Notes: generated from the sequence alone by a model not told the origin. A stretch of DNA of 64,000 nucleotides from an uncultured Bacteroidia bacterium (GCA_943846675.1 OX044357.1:890713-954712), one strand, 5' to 3'. Numbered from the stretch's first letter, positions 1 through 11,380 are shown. Made by a program: numbers and translations.

Positions 1-1774
1 CACGGTGAATGCTGGCGGACTAGGTATGGTCGCTATCGGTGTTGGTGGGGCTGATGCTGTTGATGTGATGGCCGGTATGCCATGGGAATTGAAGTTTCCA
101 AAATTAATTGGTGTAAAGTTAACCGGTAGGTTGAACGGTTGGACTGCTCCAAAAGATGTTATCCTGAAGGTAGCAGGTATTTTAACCGTAAAAGGTGGAA
201 CAGGTGCTATTGTTGAATATTTTGGAGATGGTGCAGAGTCACTTTCATGCACAGGTAAAGGAACTATCTGTAATATGGGGGCAGAGATTGGTGCTACGAC
301 CTCAACATTCGGTTACGATGATAGCATGGAACGCTATTTACGAGCAACCGAAAGAGCAGATGTTGCTGATGCAGCAAATGAAGTAAAAGAACACTTAACT
401 GGAGATGCAGAGGTTTATGCGAATCCAGAACAATACTTTGATGAAGTCATAGAAATAAACTTATCTGAATTACGTCCACACTTAAACGGACCATTTACAC
501 CAGATTTGGCCACGCCAGTGGGTGAACTTGGTGCGAAAGCGCAAGAAAACGATTGGCCACTTGAGGTAGAATGGGGATTGATAGGTTCTTGTACAAACTC
601 ATCCTACGAAGATTTGTCTAGAGCAGCGTCTGTTGCCAAACAAGCGGTTGATTTAGGCATACCAATGAAGGCAGAATTGGGTATCAATCCCGGATCTGAA
701 CAAGTGAGGTTTACTGCTGAGCGAGATGGTTTGTTGAATATTTTTGAGGACTTAAACGCAAAAATATTTACCAATGCTTGCGGGCCTTGTATTGGGCAAT
801 GGGAACGCGCTGGTGCAATTGATAAGCCAAAGAATACCATTGTGCACTCATTTAACAGAAACTTCAGTAAACGTGCCGATGGAAACCCTAATACACATGC
901 GTTTGTAGGTTCTCCGGAGTTAGTTGCAGCCGTAACAATTTCGGGTCGCTTAGATTTTAACCCAATTACGGACAAACTAAAAACGGCTTCTGGTGAAGAA
1001 GTACTTTTGGCTGAGCCAACAGGATTTGAGCTACCACCTAACGGTTTTGATGTTGAAGACAATGGTTATTTAGCACCAATGGAAGATGGGTCAAGTGTTA
1101 ACGTTGTGGTTAGTCCTGATTCAAAACGATTACAACTATTGGAACCTTTTGCCCCTTGGGATGGTAAAAACATTACCGGAGCTAAGTTATTGATCAAAGC
1201 AAAAGGCAAGTGTACAACCGATCACATCTCAATGGCTGGTCCTTGGTTAGCCTATAGAGGACACCTAGACAATATTTCAAACAACTGTTTAATTGGCGCG
1301 ATAAACGCATTCAACGGTAAAGCCGACGAAGTATATAATTCAATTTCAGGGGAATACGGTAGTGTACCCAAAACAGCAAGAATGATTAAAGCCGCGGGCG
1401 AGTATTCTGTTGTTATTGGTGAAGAAAACTATGGTGAAGGTTCTTCACGAGAGCATGCGGCAATGGAGCCACGTCACCTAGCTGTTAGAGCGGTGATTGT
1501 GAAGTCATTTGCGCGTATCCACGAAACGAATTTGAAGAAACAAGGCATGTTGGGTTTAACATTTGCGAATCCTTCGGATTATGATCTAGTGCAAGAAAAA
1601 GATACGTTCGACATTGCGTTAGACGAGTTTAAGCCAGGGGCATCAATGACGGTTACGATTAATCACGAAGATGGCTCGTCTGACTCTATTCAAGTGAACC
1701 ATACCTACAACGAACAGCAAATTGAATGGTTCAGAGCAGGAAGCGCCTTGAATCTGATCAAACAACAGGCTTAA
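1..1774 (+). CDS. acnA: aconitate hydratase, C-terminal ~590 aa (5' end outside window)
   Basis: ORF runs in from the window edge. Aconitase signatures 'IGSCTNSS', '[10 protein letters not shown]', '[10 protein letters not shown]' and '[10 protein letters not shown]' are present. Confidence 0.93.
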   Translation, partial: TVNAGGLGMVAIGVGGADAVDVMAGMPWELKFPKLIGVKLTGRLNGWTAPKDVILKVAGILTVKGGTGAIVEYFGDGAESLSCTGKGTICNMGAEIGATTSTFGYDDSMERYLRATERADVADAANEVKEHLTGDAEVYANPEQYFDEVIEINLSELRPHLNGPFTPDLATPVGELGAKAQENDWPLEVEWGLIGSCTNSSYEDLSRAASVAKQAVDLGIPMKAELGINPGSEQVRFTAERDGLLNIFEDLNAKIFTNACGPCIGQWERAGAIDKPKNTIVHSFNRNFSKRADGNPNTHAFVGSPELVAAVTISGRLDFNPITDKLKTASGEEVLLAEPTGFELPPNGFDVEDNGYLAPMEDGSSVNVVVSPDSKRLQLLEPFAPWDGKNITGAKLLIKAKGKCTTDHISMAGPWLAYRGHLDNISNNCLIGAINAFNGKADEVYNSISGEYGSVPKTARMIKAAGEYSVVIGEENYGEGSSREHAAMEPRHLAVRAVIVKSFARIHETNLKKQGMLGLTFANPSDYDLVQEKDTFDIALDEFKPGASMTVTINHEDGSSDSIQVNHTYNEQQIEWFRAGSALNLIKQQA

Positions 1775-1814
1775 AAAGCGGACTATAATTTCCTACCTTT
1801 ACTAAAAATTAGGT

Positions 1815-2234
1815 ATGAGGTTATTCATGTTAATTCTCCACTTTGTTGGACTAGCACTTTCTGTGGGGACGGGTTTTGCGTATCTATTTCTCGGTTTATC
1901 TACAAGGAAGATGGATAAAGACGAGGCCAGGGAGTTGTTTATTAAAACGCTTCCAATTCAAAAAATGAGTCATATCGGTTTGTTTTTGCTCATTGTAAGT
2001 GGTGGGTATTTGATGACGCCCTATTGGGATAGTTTAATGCAAAACCAGTATTTACTAGCGAAACTTGTTTGTGTCATTGGTATTGTAGGCTTGGTGTCGG
2101 CAATGGGTAGCTTTGCCAAAGAGGCGAAGAAAGAAGATGGCGTTGAGGCCATGCAAAAGATTGAAAGACTTGGAAAAATTACACTCCCATTAGGTTTAAT
2201 CATTGTAGTTTTGGCCGTGTTAACATTCCACTAA
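1815..2234 (+). CDS. hypothetical integral membrane protein
   Basis: 139-aa ORF with about four hydrophobic helices. No family recognised. Confidence 0.5.
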   Translation: MRLFMLILHFVGLALSVGTGFAYLFLGLSTRKMDKDEARELFIKTLPIQKMSHIGLFLLIVSGGYLMTPYWDSLMQNQYLLAKLVCVIGIVGLVSAMGSFAKEAKKEDGVEAMQKIERLGKITLPLGLIIVVLAVLTFH

Positions 2235-2237
2235 TTC

Positions 2238-3890
2238 ATGAATAAATGGACGTTCGTTTTTTTGCTTGGCCTATTCACCCTTTTTGGGTGCAGTAAACAG
2301 GCAAAAGTTGAATCGATCAACAGGTTTAGTGACCCTAAACTAGAAAGAATATATGAACTTCAGGATAGGCAAGAAACGCGTAAGTTAATTCCGTTACTGA
2401 AGTCTAAAAAGACCCACCATCGCGAAGCTGCGGTATTGGCATTCGCGTCAATACAAGATTCGTTTGCCGTTCGGTTTTTGCGCGAAAATTTGCTTACCGA
2501 TTCAAAGCCTGAAGTGCGTAAAGCAGCTGCTTATGCCATCGGTCAGATGAGGGATTCAGCGAATGTAGGGACGCTTTTTATGGCCTTGGAGAATGAGATA
2601 TCTTCGGACTCAAGAAAAGCAATTCTAGAGGCTCTTGGGAAATCTGCCAACCAAGATGTAATTGATTACTTTAATTCCTTTACCACCACTGTCACCCAGT
2701 TAAGGGAAGGCCATGCTAAAGGTATGTTTAGGTCGGTGTACAAGAAAAAATATGGCACCAGGTATGCGGAGCAATGTATTCGGTATTTTGATGCGGTTTC
2801 GTCTGATGAAACAAAGCTGTTTGCAGCTTGGACGCTTGCAAGACTGCCTCACGACTATAGATCAGCATATACAGATACGATTAAGTCAATCCATGATAGG
2901 TTGACTGACAAGGAACTCAAACGGGTGGTGGGGACTATTGTAGACGTGGATTATTTTGAACCCTATGTAGAGTTGCCATGGGCAGATGTTATTGCCAACT
3001 ATTCATCCTTTGCTGATAAGCCTTATGCATTGGTAAACGAATTGAAAACGACCGCATTGGATTCTAAACAAGCTTTAGATAGTTTGGAAACTTGGTCGTT
3101 TGATCACAGATATCAGATTGTAAGAACAACGGCTGCAGAATTGTTTTTGGAGCAGCAGCAAATTCTTGGACCGATGGAGGCCCATCCTGACCTCGCGGCA
3201 TTTGTTGAAACTTGTTTAACAAGTCGTGATATGGCACTACAAAGTTTGGCATGTTATAAAATTATCCAAAATCCTTCGACCTATTGGAGGCCAGTACTGC
3301 AGACCTATCAAGATTCTTTGTCCATTCCGCGCCAAATGGAAACATTTATTGATATGGGTAAGGCGTTAGCGGCTATCGATAGCGTGAAATACAAAAAACC
3401 AAACGTGAAGTACAACCACCCAATAGACTGGGCCTATGTTAAACAGATACCAAGTGACCAACAAGTAGAAATTGTCACTACACAGGGAAGTATTTTTATA
3501 GATCTCAATGTAGACGATGCGCCTGGATCGGTTTCTAATTTCTTAAAAAAGGTTGACGAAGGGTACTATACAGACAAGTTTTTTCATCGTGTTGTTCCAA
3601 ACTTTGTAATTCAAGCGGGGTGTTACAGAGGGGATGGTTGGGGCTCACCCGACTGGACGCAGCGTAGCGAGTTTAGTAACTATTTGTCTTACTCCACTGG
3701 AGCCGTTGGTCTTGCTTCTAGTGGCAAGGATACAGAAGGGGTGCAGATATTCATCACCCATAATCCGACACCTTTTTTAGATGGTCGATATTCAATTTTT
3801 GGCTATGTAGCCAAGGGAATGGACATTGTTAACGACATAGGCGTAGGAGACAAGATTGTTGAGGTAAAGAAAGTTAAGCAGCAACCATGA
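2238..3890 (+). CDS. lipoprotein with HEAT-like repeats fused to a cyclophilin-type peptidyl-prolyl isomerase
   Basis: Lipobox 'LFTLFGCSK'. HEAT-like 'EVRKAAAYAIGQMRD'. C-terminal cyclophilin core 'FHRVVPNFVIQAG', 'GVQIFITH', 'LDGRYSIFGYV'. Confidence 0.85.
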   Translation: MNKWTFVFLLGLFTLFGCSKQAKVESINRFSDPKLERIYELQDRQETRKLIPLLKSKKTHHREAAVLAFASIQDSFAVRFLRENLLTDSKPEVRKAAAYAIGQMRDSANVGTLFMALENEISSDSRKAILEALGKSANQDVIDYFNSFTTTVTQLREGHAKGMFRSVYKKKYGTRYAEQCIRYFDAVSSDETKLFAAWTLARLPHDYRSAYTDTIKSIHDRLTDKELKRVVGTIVDVDYFEPYVELPWADVIANYSSFADKPYALVNELKTTALDSKQALDSLETWSFDHRYQIVRTTAAELFLEQQQILGPMEAHPDLAAFVETCLTSRDMALQSLACYKIIQNPSTYWRPVLQTYQDSLSIPRQMETFIDMGKALAAIDSVKYKKPNVKYNHPIDWAYVKQIPSDQQVEIVTTQGSIFIDLNVDDAPGSVSNFLKKVDEGYYTDKFFHRVVPNFVIQAGCYRGDGWGSPDWTQRSEFSNYLSYSTGAVGLASSGKDTEGVQIFITHNPTPFLDGRYSIFGYVAKGMDIVNDIGVGDKIVEVKKVKQQP

Positions 3891-4717
3891 ATAAAATAGC
3901 AGGCTTATGCATACTCGCTTTGGTTTGTATACCTAAGTTGGTTCAAGCACAGAATGATGGATTTGATTTAGCCCATAAATGGTATGCCAATTGGGGCTGG
4001 AACAGAGGATGGTATACACAGTCGGATATTAGGATGACCGGGAACGATTACGATTTCACATTGCATAATGTCGCGGCAAAAGACAGGCAAAGCAAATTCG
4101 GTATTAAAGAGTACTTGTTTATTACACAGCTATCGGTTCCTCAAACCAACGTCAATGTTGGCTATTATTTAAATAAACATTTTAGCATTGCTGGTGGTTT
4201 CGACCACATGAAATATGTCATGGTGCGTGATCAAACAACTACGATTACAGGAGAAATTAATCGCCGAGGGTCGGTGTATAACGGTACTTACGCCAATGAC
4301 TCAATTCAATTGGGCTATAATTTTTTGCGATACGAACATACCGATGGATTAAATTACGTTTTTCTTGAGTTGAACCGACACGATGAATGGTTTAACCTCA
4401 AGCAATCGAAAATTAGAATCAGTACGGTAGTAGGGGCCGGTCCTGCTTTATTGCGCCCACGAACCGACGTAACTTTATTAAACAGACAAGGCAGGAATGT
4501 ATACCATAATGCAGGCTATGGTGTAAACGGTAAGCTAGGGCTTCAGGTATTGTTGTTTAATCATTTCAATATCGCGAGTGAGCTGAAGGGAGGATATATC
4601 AACATGCAACATATTCGGGCAACGGAGAATAAAGAAGACATCGCAAAACAACAATTTGGTTTTTTGCAGTTTAATTTTCAAATAGGAGCGACATTTGGAA
4701 TTAATAAACGAGATTAA
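3887..4717 (+). CDS. hypothetical secreted / outer-membrane beta-barrel-like protein
   Basis: ATGA start/stop overlap with the upstream gene. Signal peptide ends 'LVQAQ'. Gly/Tyr/Asn-rich alternating pattern. No family recognised. Confidence 0.5.
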   Translation: MNKIAGLCILALVCIPKLVQAQNDGFDLAHKWYANWGWNRGWYTQSDIRMTGNDYDFTLHNVAAKDRQSKFGIKEYLFITQLSVPQTNVNVGYYLNKHFSIAGGFDHMKYVMVRDQTTTITGEINRRGSVYNGTYANDSIQLGYNFLRYEHTDGLNYVFLELNRHDEWFNLKQSKIRISTVVGAGPALLRPRTDVTLLNRQGRNVYHNAGYGVNGKLGLQVLLFNHFNIASELKGGYINMQHIRATENKEDIAKQQFGFLQFNFQIGATFGINKRD

Positions 4718-4784
4718 TCTTTGAAATCGGTATGTTAGTCTGAGCATAAAATGAGTAGCAGTAGGGAAGTGTAATTTTGAATCT

Positions 4785-6023
4785 TTGGAACTTTTAAAAG
4801 AAATATATAATTCTTTAAGACGTAATCTTTTGCGGTCTTTTCTAACGGCGTTTGGTGTTAGTTGGGGTATATTCATGCTTATCATCATCATGGGGTTGAG
4901 TATGGGGCTGGAAAACGGAATTAAGTCGATGTTTAAAGGGTTTAGCTCAAACAGTTTGTTTGTTTGGGGGCAATCCACTTCGATGGCTTATGCCGGATTT
5001 ACAGAAGGACGAAGAATTCGATTGAAAATTGAAGACGCGGATTTTGTAAGAGAGCATATTGAAGGGGTGAAAATTGTTGCGCCAAGGGCTCAGTTGGGAG
5101 GGTATGGAGAAGGGAATAACGTAAAATACAAGAATGAAACGGGTGCGTTTTCTGTTCAAGGTGATATACCAGAAGTGCGTAATATCTATCAATGGCTTCA
5201 GGTTGATGGACGATTCATCAACGAAACAGACCAGGCAGAGGGCCGTAAGGTTTGTTCGATTGGGAGACGCGTAAAAGAAGTTTTATTCAAAGACAAAAAT
5301 CCTGTAGGGTCCTATATCTCTATCAATGGAATACAGTTTATGGTGGTGGGTTGTCACCGTTCACAAGCGGCGGCAGAACAAGCCGACAGAGACGATCAAC
5401 AGATTATCATCCCCATGGCGACCTACCAAAGGGCGTTTGATGGTTCTAATTATATCAACTGGTTGGCCGTAGAATGCAACGACGATTCGGATGCGGAAGT
5501 GGTTGAAAAATCTATAAAAAAGGCACTGGCTGTTAAGTATAAAGTACACCCAGATGACCCAAGAGGAATTGGCGGGTTTAACGCAAAAAAAATGTTCGGT
5601 CCAATGCAAATGACTTTTTGGACAGTAAGAGGTGTTGGTTGGTTTGTGGGTTTAATGACGCTAATGGCTGGAATTATCGGTGTGAGTAACATCATGCTGG
5701 TATCCGTGAAAGAACGCACCAAAGAAATTGGCATTCGGCGCGCATTAGGAGCCAAGCCAATCAATATTATTACCCAAATTGTAATGGAAGCCTTGGTTTT
5801 ATCGCTTATTGCAGGTTACGCTGGGCTTATGGCAGGCATATGGCTGGTTGAAGGAATTGCACAATCACCTATGGAGCAAGAGACATTTAAAAACCCAGAA
5901 GTGCAATTCAGTGTAGCAGTAGCTGCATTAGTTGTTTTGGTGTTTTTTGGTTGCTTGTCTGGCTTCCTTCCGGCAAACAGAGCTTTACGTATAAAGCCGG
6001 TTGAAGCATTACGTGCTGAATAA
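4785..6023 (+). CDS. ABC transporter permease, MacB/FtsX-like
   Basis: TTG start. N-terminal TM 'LRSFLTAFGVSWGIFMLIII', a large periplasmic domain, and a C-terminal FtsX module around 'ERTKEIGIRRALGAK'. No ATPase partner is adjacent. Confidence 0.85.
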   Translation: MELLKEIYNSLRRNLLRSFLTAFGVSWGIFMLIIIMGLSMGLENGIKSMFKGFSSNSLFVWGQSTSMAYAGFTEGRRIRLKIEDADFVREHIEGVKIVAPRAQLGGYGEGNNVKYKNETGAFSVQGDIPEVRNIYQWLQVDGRFINETDQAEGRKVCSIGRRVKEVLFKDKNPVGSYISINGIQFMVVGCHRSQAAAEQADRDDQQIIIPMATYQRAFDGSNYINWLAVECNDDSDAEVVEKSIKKALAVKYKVHPDDPRGIGGFNAKKMFGPMQMTFWTVRGVGWFVGLMTLMAGIIGVSNIMLVSVKERTKEIGIRRALGAKPINIITQIVMEALVLSLIAGYAGLMAGIWLVEGIAQSPMEQETFKNPEVQFSVAVAALVVLVFFGCLSGFLPANRALRIKPVEALRAE

Positions 6024-6087
6024 GTCGTGGATAATGATTCACAATTTGGAGCGTTATTTGTAATAGACAGTTACAATAGTTTATTGA

Positions 6088-7371
6088 ATGGGCGTTAAAT
6101 CATTTTTACTTTCAAGTTTTCTTATTCTGTGCATACCACGTGTTGCGTCAGCAACCGAATTAAGATACGACAACTATATATACGATACTTTGGTTGAGAC
6201 GGTTCTTCTTTCAACCAACGCTGGAGGCTATAATCCAATTGCCGTGATGGATTTGGGCAAGACCAATGGCTTGCGTTTAAAGTTTGATCGATTGGAAGCA
6301 TCCAATGAATTTTATCAGTTCACGTTTGTACACTGTGATGCCAATTGGAAGCCTAGTAACTTGCAAAAAACAGAGTACCTTGAAGGCAATACGATGGGCA
6401 GTATTGAGGATTTTACGTTCTCAACCAATACGTTTCAGCAATATGTGCAGTATTCGTTGGAATTTCCCAATCAGGATATGTCACTAACAAAGTCAGGAAA
6501 CTACCTGCTTATTGTTTACAAAAACTTTGATGAAGAAGACTTGGTGCTCACAAGGAGGTTTATGGTTTTTGAAAGTCAAACAACCGTAAATGGTACAGTC
6601 AAGCCAGCGACCAATCCCAGCGATCGATTTTATAAACAAGAAGTAGATTTTGAAGTAGAGTACAAAGATTATTTGATTCAGAATCCATTCTTGGACGTGA
6701 ATGCGGTCATTCTGCAAAACAACAGTTGGAACAATGCCATTTACAATTTGAAACCACAGTTTGTGAACAACAACATTCTGCAATTCAACTACGAAAATGA
6801 AAACCTGTTTAACGGGATTACTGAATTTCGGTTTTTTGATATAAGAACACTGCGAAACTTTAGCCAAAATGTGGCGAAGAAGTTTACCGATTCTCTCGTT
6901 AATGTCGTACTGAATGTAGGAGAGTTAAGAAGCAGCAAAACGTATGTTAATTGGATAGACTATAATGGTAAACGTGTTATTCAAAACACAGACGGTTCTG
7001 ATGTTACAGAAAACGGGGATTACACCTTGGTTCACTTTAGCCTAGAGTCACCGAATAAAATCGCTGCTGGCGATGTATACGTGTATGGTGAACTGACAGA
7101 CTGGCGTATTAACGAGAAGTATAAAATGACCTATCTCCCTGGTCGAAATGCCTATTATTTGGCTACAAAACTCAAACAGAGTTACTACAACTATCACTAT
7201 GTGACCCCTGGTAAAGACAACACCGTAGAATATGCGTATACGGAGGGTAATCATTCAGAGACGGAGAATGATTATTTGATTCTTTTGTACCACACTGATG
7301 CATTTTACGGCTATGACAGGCTTATTGGTAAAACGATGCTCAATTCGCTTACCTCTCGCGATAATGATTAG
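6088..7371 (+). CDS. secreted beta-rich protein, DUF5103-like (T9SS-associated family)
   Basis: Signal peptide present. Length (~427 aa) and N-terminal pattern resemble Bacteroidota DUF5103 proteins. Recognised from memory only. Confidence 0.5.
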   Translation: MGVKSFLLSSFLILCIPRVASATELRYDNYIYDTLVETVLLSTNAGGYNPIAVMDLGKTNGLRLKFDRLEASNEFYQFTFVHCDANWKPSNLQKTEYLEGNTMGSIEDFTFSTNTFQQYVQYSLEFPNQDMSLTKSGNYLLIVYKNFDEEDLVLTRRFMVFESQTTVNGTVKPATNPSDRFYKQEVDFEVEYKDYLIQNPFLDVNAVILQNNSWNNAIYNLKPQFVNNNILQFNYENENLFNGITEFRFFDIRTLRNFSQNVAKKFTDSLVNVVLNVGELRSSKTYVNWIDYNGKRVIQNTDGSDVTENGDYTLVHFSLESPNKIAAGDVYVYGELTDWRINEKYKMTYLPGRNAYYLATKLKQSYYNYHYVTPGKDNTVEYAYTEGNHSETENDYLILLYHTDAFYGYDRLIGKTMLNSLTSRDND

Positions 7372-7409
7372 GATGTAATCACATCATAATTTTGCAGGCA
7401 TAAACCACC

Positions 7410-8507
7410 ATGTCTGATTCACTTATTTATAAACTTGCTTTAAGTAAAATCCCTAATGTAGGAACTGTTTTAGCCAAAAACTTAGTCAATTTCTGCGGTG
7501 GGGTAGAGGCGGTATTTGCAGAGAAGTTGTCTATGTTAAAGAAGATTCCGGGTGTCGGAGAGAAAATCGCCCATTCGGTCTATTATTTCAGTGACTTCGA
7601 TCAACTTAATACGGAGGTAGAATACATCACAAAACACAATGTTTCTTGTTATTTTTTTACGGATCAGGCATACCCTTTTCGGTTAAAACACATTCATGCA
7701 GCACCAGTCATGCTGTTTCAACAAGGTCAGGCTGAATTAAATGCACGTCGCATGGTGGCCGTTGTCGGAACAAGGAAGTCAACTGCGCACGGTAAAGATG
7801 AAACGAAAAGAATTATTGAAGAAATAAGCCCGTATAATCCAACCGTTGTAAGTGGTTTGGCTTATGGAATTGACTCTTGCGCCCACAAGGCTGCGATGGC
7901 GTGTAAGCTGCCTACCTTTAGCGTATTTGGTCACGGACTTGATCGAATCTACCCGCAACAAAATACAAATTTAGCGCAGAGAATTCTGGAGTCGGAAGGT
8001 AGCTGGATAACTGAATTTCAGACGGGCACTATTCCTAGCCCTCAGAACTTCCCTCAACGCAATAGAATTGTAGCCGGACTTGTTGATGCCGTAATTGTGA
8101 TTGAGTCACCTCACAAAGGCGGGTCGATAATAACAGCCAACTTCGGATTTGAAAATAACCGCGAGGTCATGGCTTTACCGGGAAGGGTAAATGATTCGGC
8201 TTCAGCGGGATGCAATGCCCTTATTAAAACGAATCGAGCTAGTCTCATTGAAAGGGGAGAAGACGTGGCTAAATTGCTTAACTGGGACATGGATAAAAAG
8301 AAACAAAAACAATTTCAACTTCCTATTTCATTAGGTCCTCAGGAGCAATGTATCTTTGACACCTTGAAAGTGTATGGTGCGCTAAAGATTGACGCACTTT
8401 CCTTTAAAACACAACTGGACGTAAGCGTTTTGGCATACAAATTACTTGAAATGGAAATGGACCATTTGGTGCGCGTATTGCCAGGCAAACAATATGAATT
8501 GATATGA
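7410..8507 (+). CDS. dprA: DNA-processing protein DprA/Smf
   Basis: Rossmann core 'VAVVGTRKSTAHG', 'GLAYGIDSCAHKAA', 'FPQRNRIVAGL'. C-terminal wHTH-like tail. Confidence 0.9.
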   Translation: MSDSLIYKLALSKIPNVGTVLAKNLVNFCGGVEAVFAEKLSMLKKIPGVGEKIAHSVYYFSDFDQLNTEVEYITKHNVSCYFFTDQAYPFRLKHIHAAPVMLFQQGQAELNARRMVAVVGTRKSTAHGKDETKRIIEEISPYNPTVVSGLAYGIDSCAHKAAMACKLPTFSVFGHGLDRIYPQQNTNLAQRILESEGSWITEFQTGTIPSPQNFPQRNRIVAGLVDAVIVIESPHKGGSIITANFGFENNREVMALPGRVNDSASAGCNALIKTNRASLIERGEDVAKLLNWDMDKKKQKQFQLPISLGPQEQCIFDTLKVYGALKIDALSFKTQLDVSVLAYKLLEMEMDHLVRVLPGKQYELI

Positions 8508-9716
8508 AAACTGACCCAAGAGGTATTCGTATATCTGACTTTGATTATGACCTACCGTCTGAGTTTATCGCTCAGAAACCGGTGTTTGAGCGGGATGCGT
8601 CAAAGCTGTTGTTCTATAAAGATGGTGAGATTGGGCATAAACACTTTAGCGACATCAAATCGGTATTGCCGGATGGAGCCAAGTTAATTTTTAACAATAC
8701 AAAAGTTATTCCTGCGCGTTTATTTGTCACCAAGCCAACGGGCGCCTTGATTCAAGTTTTTTTGCTCAACCCTGTCTCACCTTATGCCAATGTTGATCAA
8801 GCACTCAAGGCGATTAACCAAGCTGTGACCTGGAAGTGCATGATCGGAAATCTTAAACGTTGGAAGGAAGGCGAAACGATTGAAATACAAATAGATGAAT
8901 GGTCTATGTCGTTTACACTTCAAGACAAAGAACAACGATTGGTAGAGATGCAATGGTCAGCACATGTTGCCTTTTGTGATGCTTTAGAAGTATTGGGTAA
9001 CATGCCTTTGCCACCTTACATTAAGCGTGAAGCTCAAGAAGCAGATGCGAGCAGGTATCAAACGGTGTATGCCAAAGAAGAGGGCGCAGTAGCAGCCCCA
9101 ACCGCGGGTCTTCATTTTACCACTGAAATCTTAAATGATTTGATAACAACTGGAATGACGGCAGAGGAAGTGACGCTTGCATGTTGGCGCTGGGACCTTT
9201 AAGCCCGTAGAAGACGATCTTGTTTGGGATCATCCAATGCACAAAGAGTACTATCAAGTCAGTAAATCAACTATCCACAGTTTAATAACAGACAAACCAC
9301 GCATTGCCACCGGAACAACTAGTTTAAGGACCTTAGAAACCTTGTTTTGGGTTGGCGTTCAGTTGAGGGACGAAGCTGAGAATCCTTTGAATGTATTGCA
9401 GCATAAACCCTATCTATATGACAATATTTTGCCAAATTATAATGAAGCCTTACAATATATTCTGTCCTATATGGAGTCAAACGATGTCGACGAAATCGTT
9501 GGATTATCTGGTATTATGATTATGCCTGGTTACGATGTTAAATCTGTTGATGGTTTGATTACAAATTTCCATTTACCGAAATCCACGTTGCTGTTACTAA
9601 TTGCAGCAATGGTAGGAGACAACTGGAAGGCCATATACAGTGAGGCAAAAAGCAATGCGTATCGTTTTCTGAGTTATGGCGACAGCAGCTTGTTAATGAA
9701 AGATGTAACGCTATAA
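8504..9716 (+). pseudogene. queA: S-adenosylmethionine:tRNA ribosyltransferase-isomerase (QueA) interrupted by a +1 frameshift
   Basis: ORFs 8504-9202 and 9177-9716 together give a full-length QueA. The conserved 'VTL|HVGAGTFKPV' motif is split by one extra base at ~9178-9181 ('gtg acg ctt G cat gtt ggc'). Confidence 0.85.
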
Positions 9717-9792
9717 TCAACTATTATAACCCTATAAGAACTTGGTATTAAAAAGGTTCGAACAACTGACTTAGTTTTGTGTTTCAATTCAT

Positions 9793-10110
9793 ATGAGTGT
9801 ACAAATATCAACCGACGGTGATTTTCAAAATCAATTAAGCAGCAACAACAAAGTCGTTGTAAAATATTTCGCTAACTGGTGTGGCAGCTGTAAGTTGTTT
9901 TCTCCGAAGTATCGAAGGCTATCTGACGATGAGCGTTTTGAAGGCATTGCGTTCTTAGATGTAAATGCAGAAGAAAATGAGACTGCTAGAAAAATGGCGG
10001 ATGTACATAGTCTTCCATATTTTGCTGTATTTAAGAATGGTGAGTTGGTCGGCGGGACTGCAACAAGTAAAGAAGATAAAGTTGTTGAATTACTTAATCA
10101 ATTGAACTAG
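9793..10110 (+). CDS. trxA: thioredoxin
   Basis: 105-aa thioredoxin fold. Active site is 'WCGSCK', with Ser replacing the usual Pro. Confidence 0.85.
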   Translation: MSVQISTDGDFQNQLSSNNKVVVKYFANWCGSCKLFSPKYRRLSDDERFEGIAFLDVNAEENETARKMADVHSLPYFAVFKNGELVGGTATSKEDKVVELLNQLN

Positions 10111-10352
10111 TGCACATACCTTCAATCAAAAAGCTAGTAGAACAGATTGCCTTGTCAGAGCTTAGGGCAGCGGAAGAGGCCATATTAGAAGAACAAACTC
10201 CTGGTATTGATGTGCCGGGTGAAGATGAAGGCGAACAGCTAACACATGTGATTGCCGCAATCTGGATTAAAGAAGACATGGAATCTACAGGTCGTGAGCT
10301 TAAAGAGTCCTTACGTGAGTATACCAAAAAGGTGCGAAAGAGTATTGACTAA
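10110..10352 (+). CDS. small acidic hypothetical protein
   Basis: GTG start overlaps the trx stop. 80 aa, no family recognised. Confidence 0.4.
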   Translation: MHIPSIKKLVEQIALSELRAAEEAILEEQTPGIDVPGEDEGEQLTHVIAAIWIKEDMESTGRELKESLREYTKKVRKSID

Positions 10353-10373
10353 TAACTGCCGAAAACAGTAAAT

Positions 10374-10408
10374 AAAAAAAGCCCAATGTCACAGACATTG
10401 GGCTTTTT
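10374..10408. terminator. bidirectional rho-independent terminator
   Basis: Hairpin GCCCAATGTC-aca-GACATTGGGC flanked by A7 upstream and T5 downstream. Sits between convergent genes. Confidence 0.7.
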
Positions 10409-10424
10409 GTTGGTTATACGGTTA

Positions 10425-11057
10425 CTAGTTTTTTGCTAAGTAATCTGCAACTTCTTCGTGAGTCTCATTAATTGCTGTTTTGCCTTCTTTCCAGTTTGCG
10501 GGACAAACTTCACCATGTATTTCGTGGTGAATTAAAGAATCTAACATACGCATTGCTTCGTTTACATTTCTACCTAATGGCAAGTCATTAACCAATTGGT
10601 GTCTTACGGTACCTTCTTTATCAATTAAGAATAAGCCTCTGTAAGCAATCATTGGACCAGTTGCTGCCAATTGCTCATTTTCATCGTATCCGTAGTCACC
10701 CCACAAAACACCATAATTAATGCTAATTGTTTTTGATGTATCTGCAACAATTGGGTAGGTAATGCCTTGGATTCCACCATGGTCTTTAGCCATTTGTAAC
10801 CATCCCCAATGTGAGTCTTCCGTGTCTGTTGAACAGGCTACTATTTCACATCCTTTAGCTCTGAATTCGTCTAATTTCTCTTGAAAAGCGTGTAACTCTG
10901 TTGGGCAAACAAAGGTGAAGTCTTTTGGGTAAAAGAAGAATATAACGTACTTCTCTTTTATGTATTGATCAAGAGAGAAATTCTCTACTATTTCCTCACC
11001 GTTTACAACTGCACGAGCTGTAAATGAAGGGGCTTTTTTTCCAACTAATACTGACAT
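10425..11057 (-). CDS. ahpC: typical 2-Cys peroxiredoxin (AhpC/Tsa family)
   Basis: Peroxidatic 'FTFVCPTE' and resolving 'EVCPANW' motifs. Confidence 0.92.
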   Translation of the reverse strand: MSVLVGKKAPSFTARAVVNGEEIVENFSLDQYIKEKYVIFFFYPKDFTFVCPTELHAFQEKLDEFRAKGCEIVACSTDTEDSHWGWLQMAKDHGGIQGITYPIVADTSKTISINYGVLWGDYGYDENEQLAATGPMIAYRGLFLIDKEGTVRHQLVNDLPLGRNVNEAMRMLDSLIHHEIHGEVCPANWKEGKTAINETHEEVADYLAKN

Positions 11058-11160
11058 ATTTATCTGTTTATTTTATTTACCGCAAAGGTAAATCTGGCAA
11101 CATAAAATGGCAAGGGATTGCTATAAGTAATCTTGATAGATGGATTACTTTAGTCAATAA

Positions 11161-11190
11161 AAAAACCGGAGTGACTAAGCTCCGGTTTTT
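11161..11190. terminator. hairpin terminator between the gamma-CA-like gene and the peroxiredoxin gene
   Basis: CCGGAG-N8-CTCCGG stem with an A-run on one side and T5 on the other. Confidence 0.55.
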
Positions 11191-11380
11191 AATAACTAAA
11201 CCAAAATAACTATAAATTATTAACGGATACCGAAGCATCGTAATAACTTGTCGTTGACGAACAATTATCTTTTTCGCACTATAGTAATATCGTCCGCGAC
11301 TTTGATAGGTCAATATTACGCCAAAGTATTCTGCAGTTATCCACTGTTTATGATAAGTGGATAACATAATACTTGTGTTC

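Noticed and set aside
604-1062. Antisense or out-of-frame ORFs lying inside strongly supported genes (for example 604-1062, 5450-5764, 6493-6867, 14726-15115, 50326-50652, 57804-58118 and many others in the track)
   Set aside because: Each is fully embedded in a longer ORF that has clear family motifs on the other strand or frame. None has a motif of its own. They are typical shadow ORFs.
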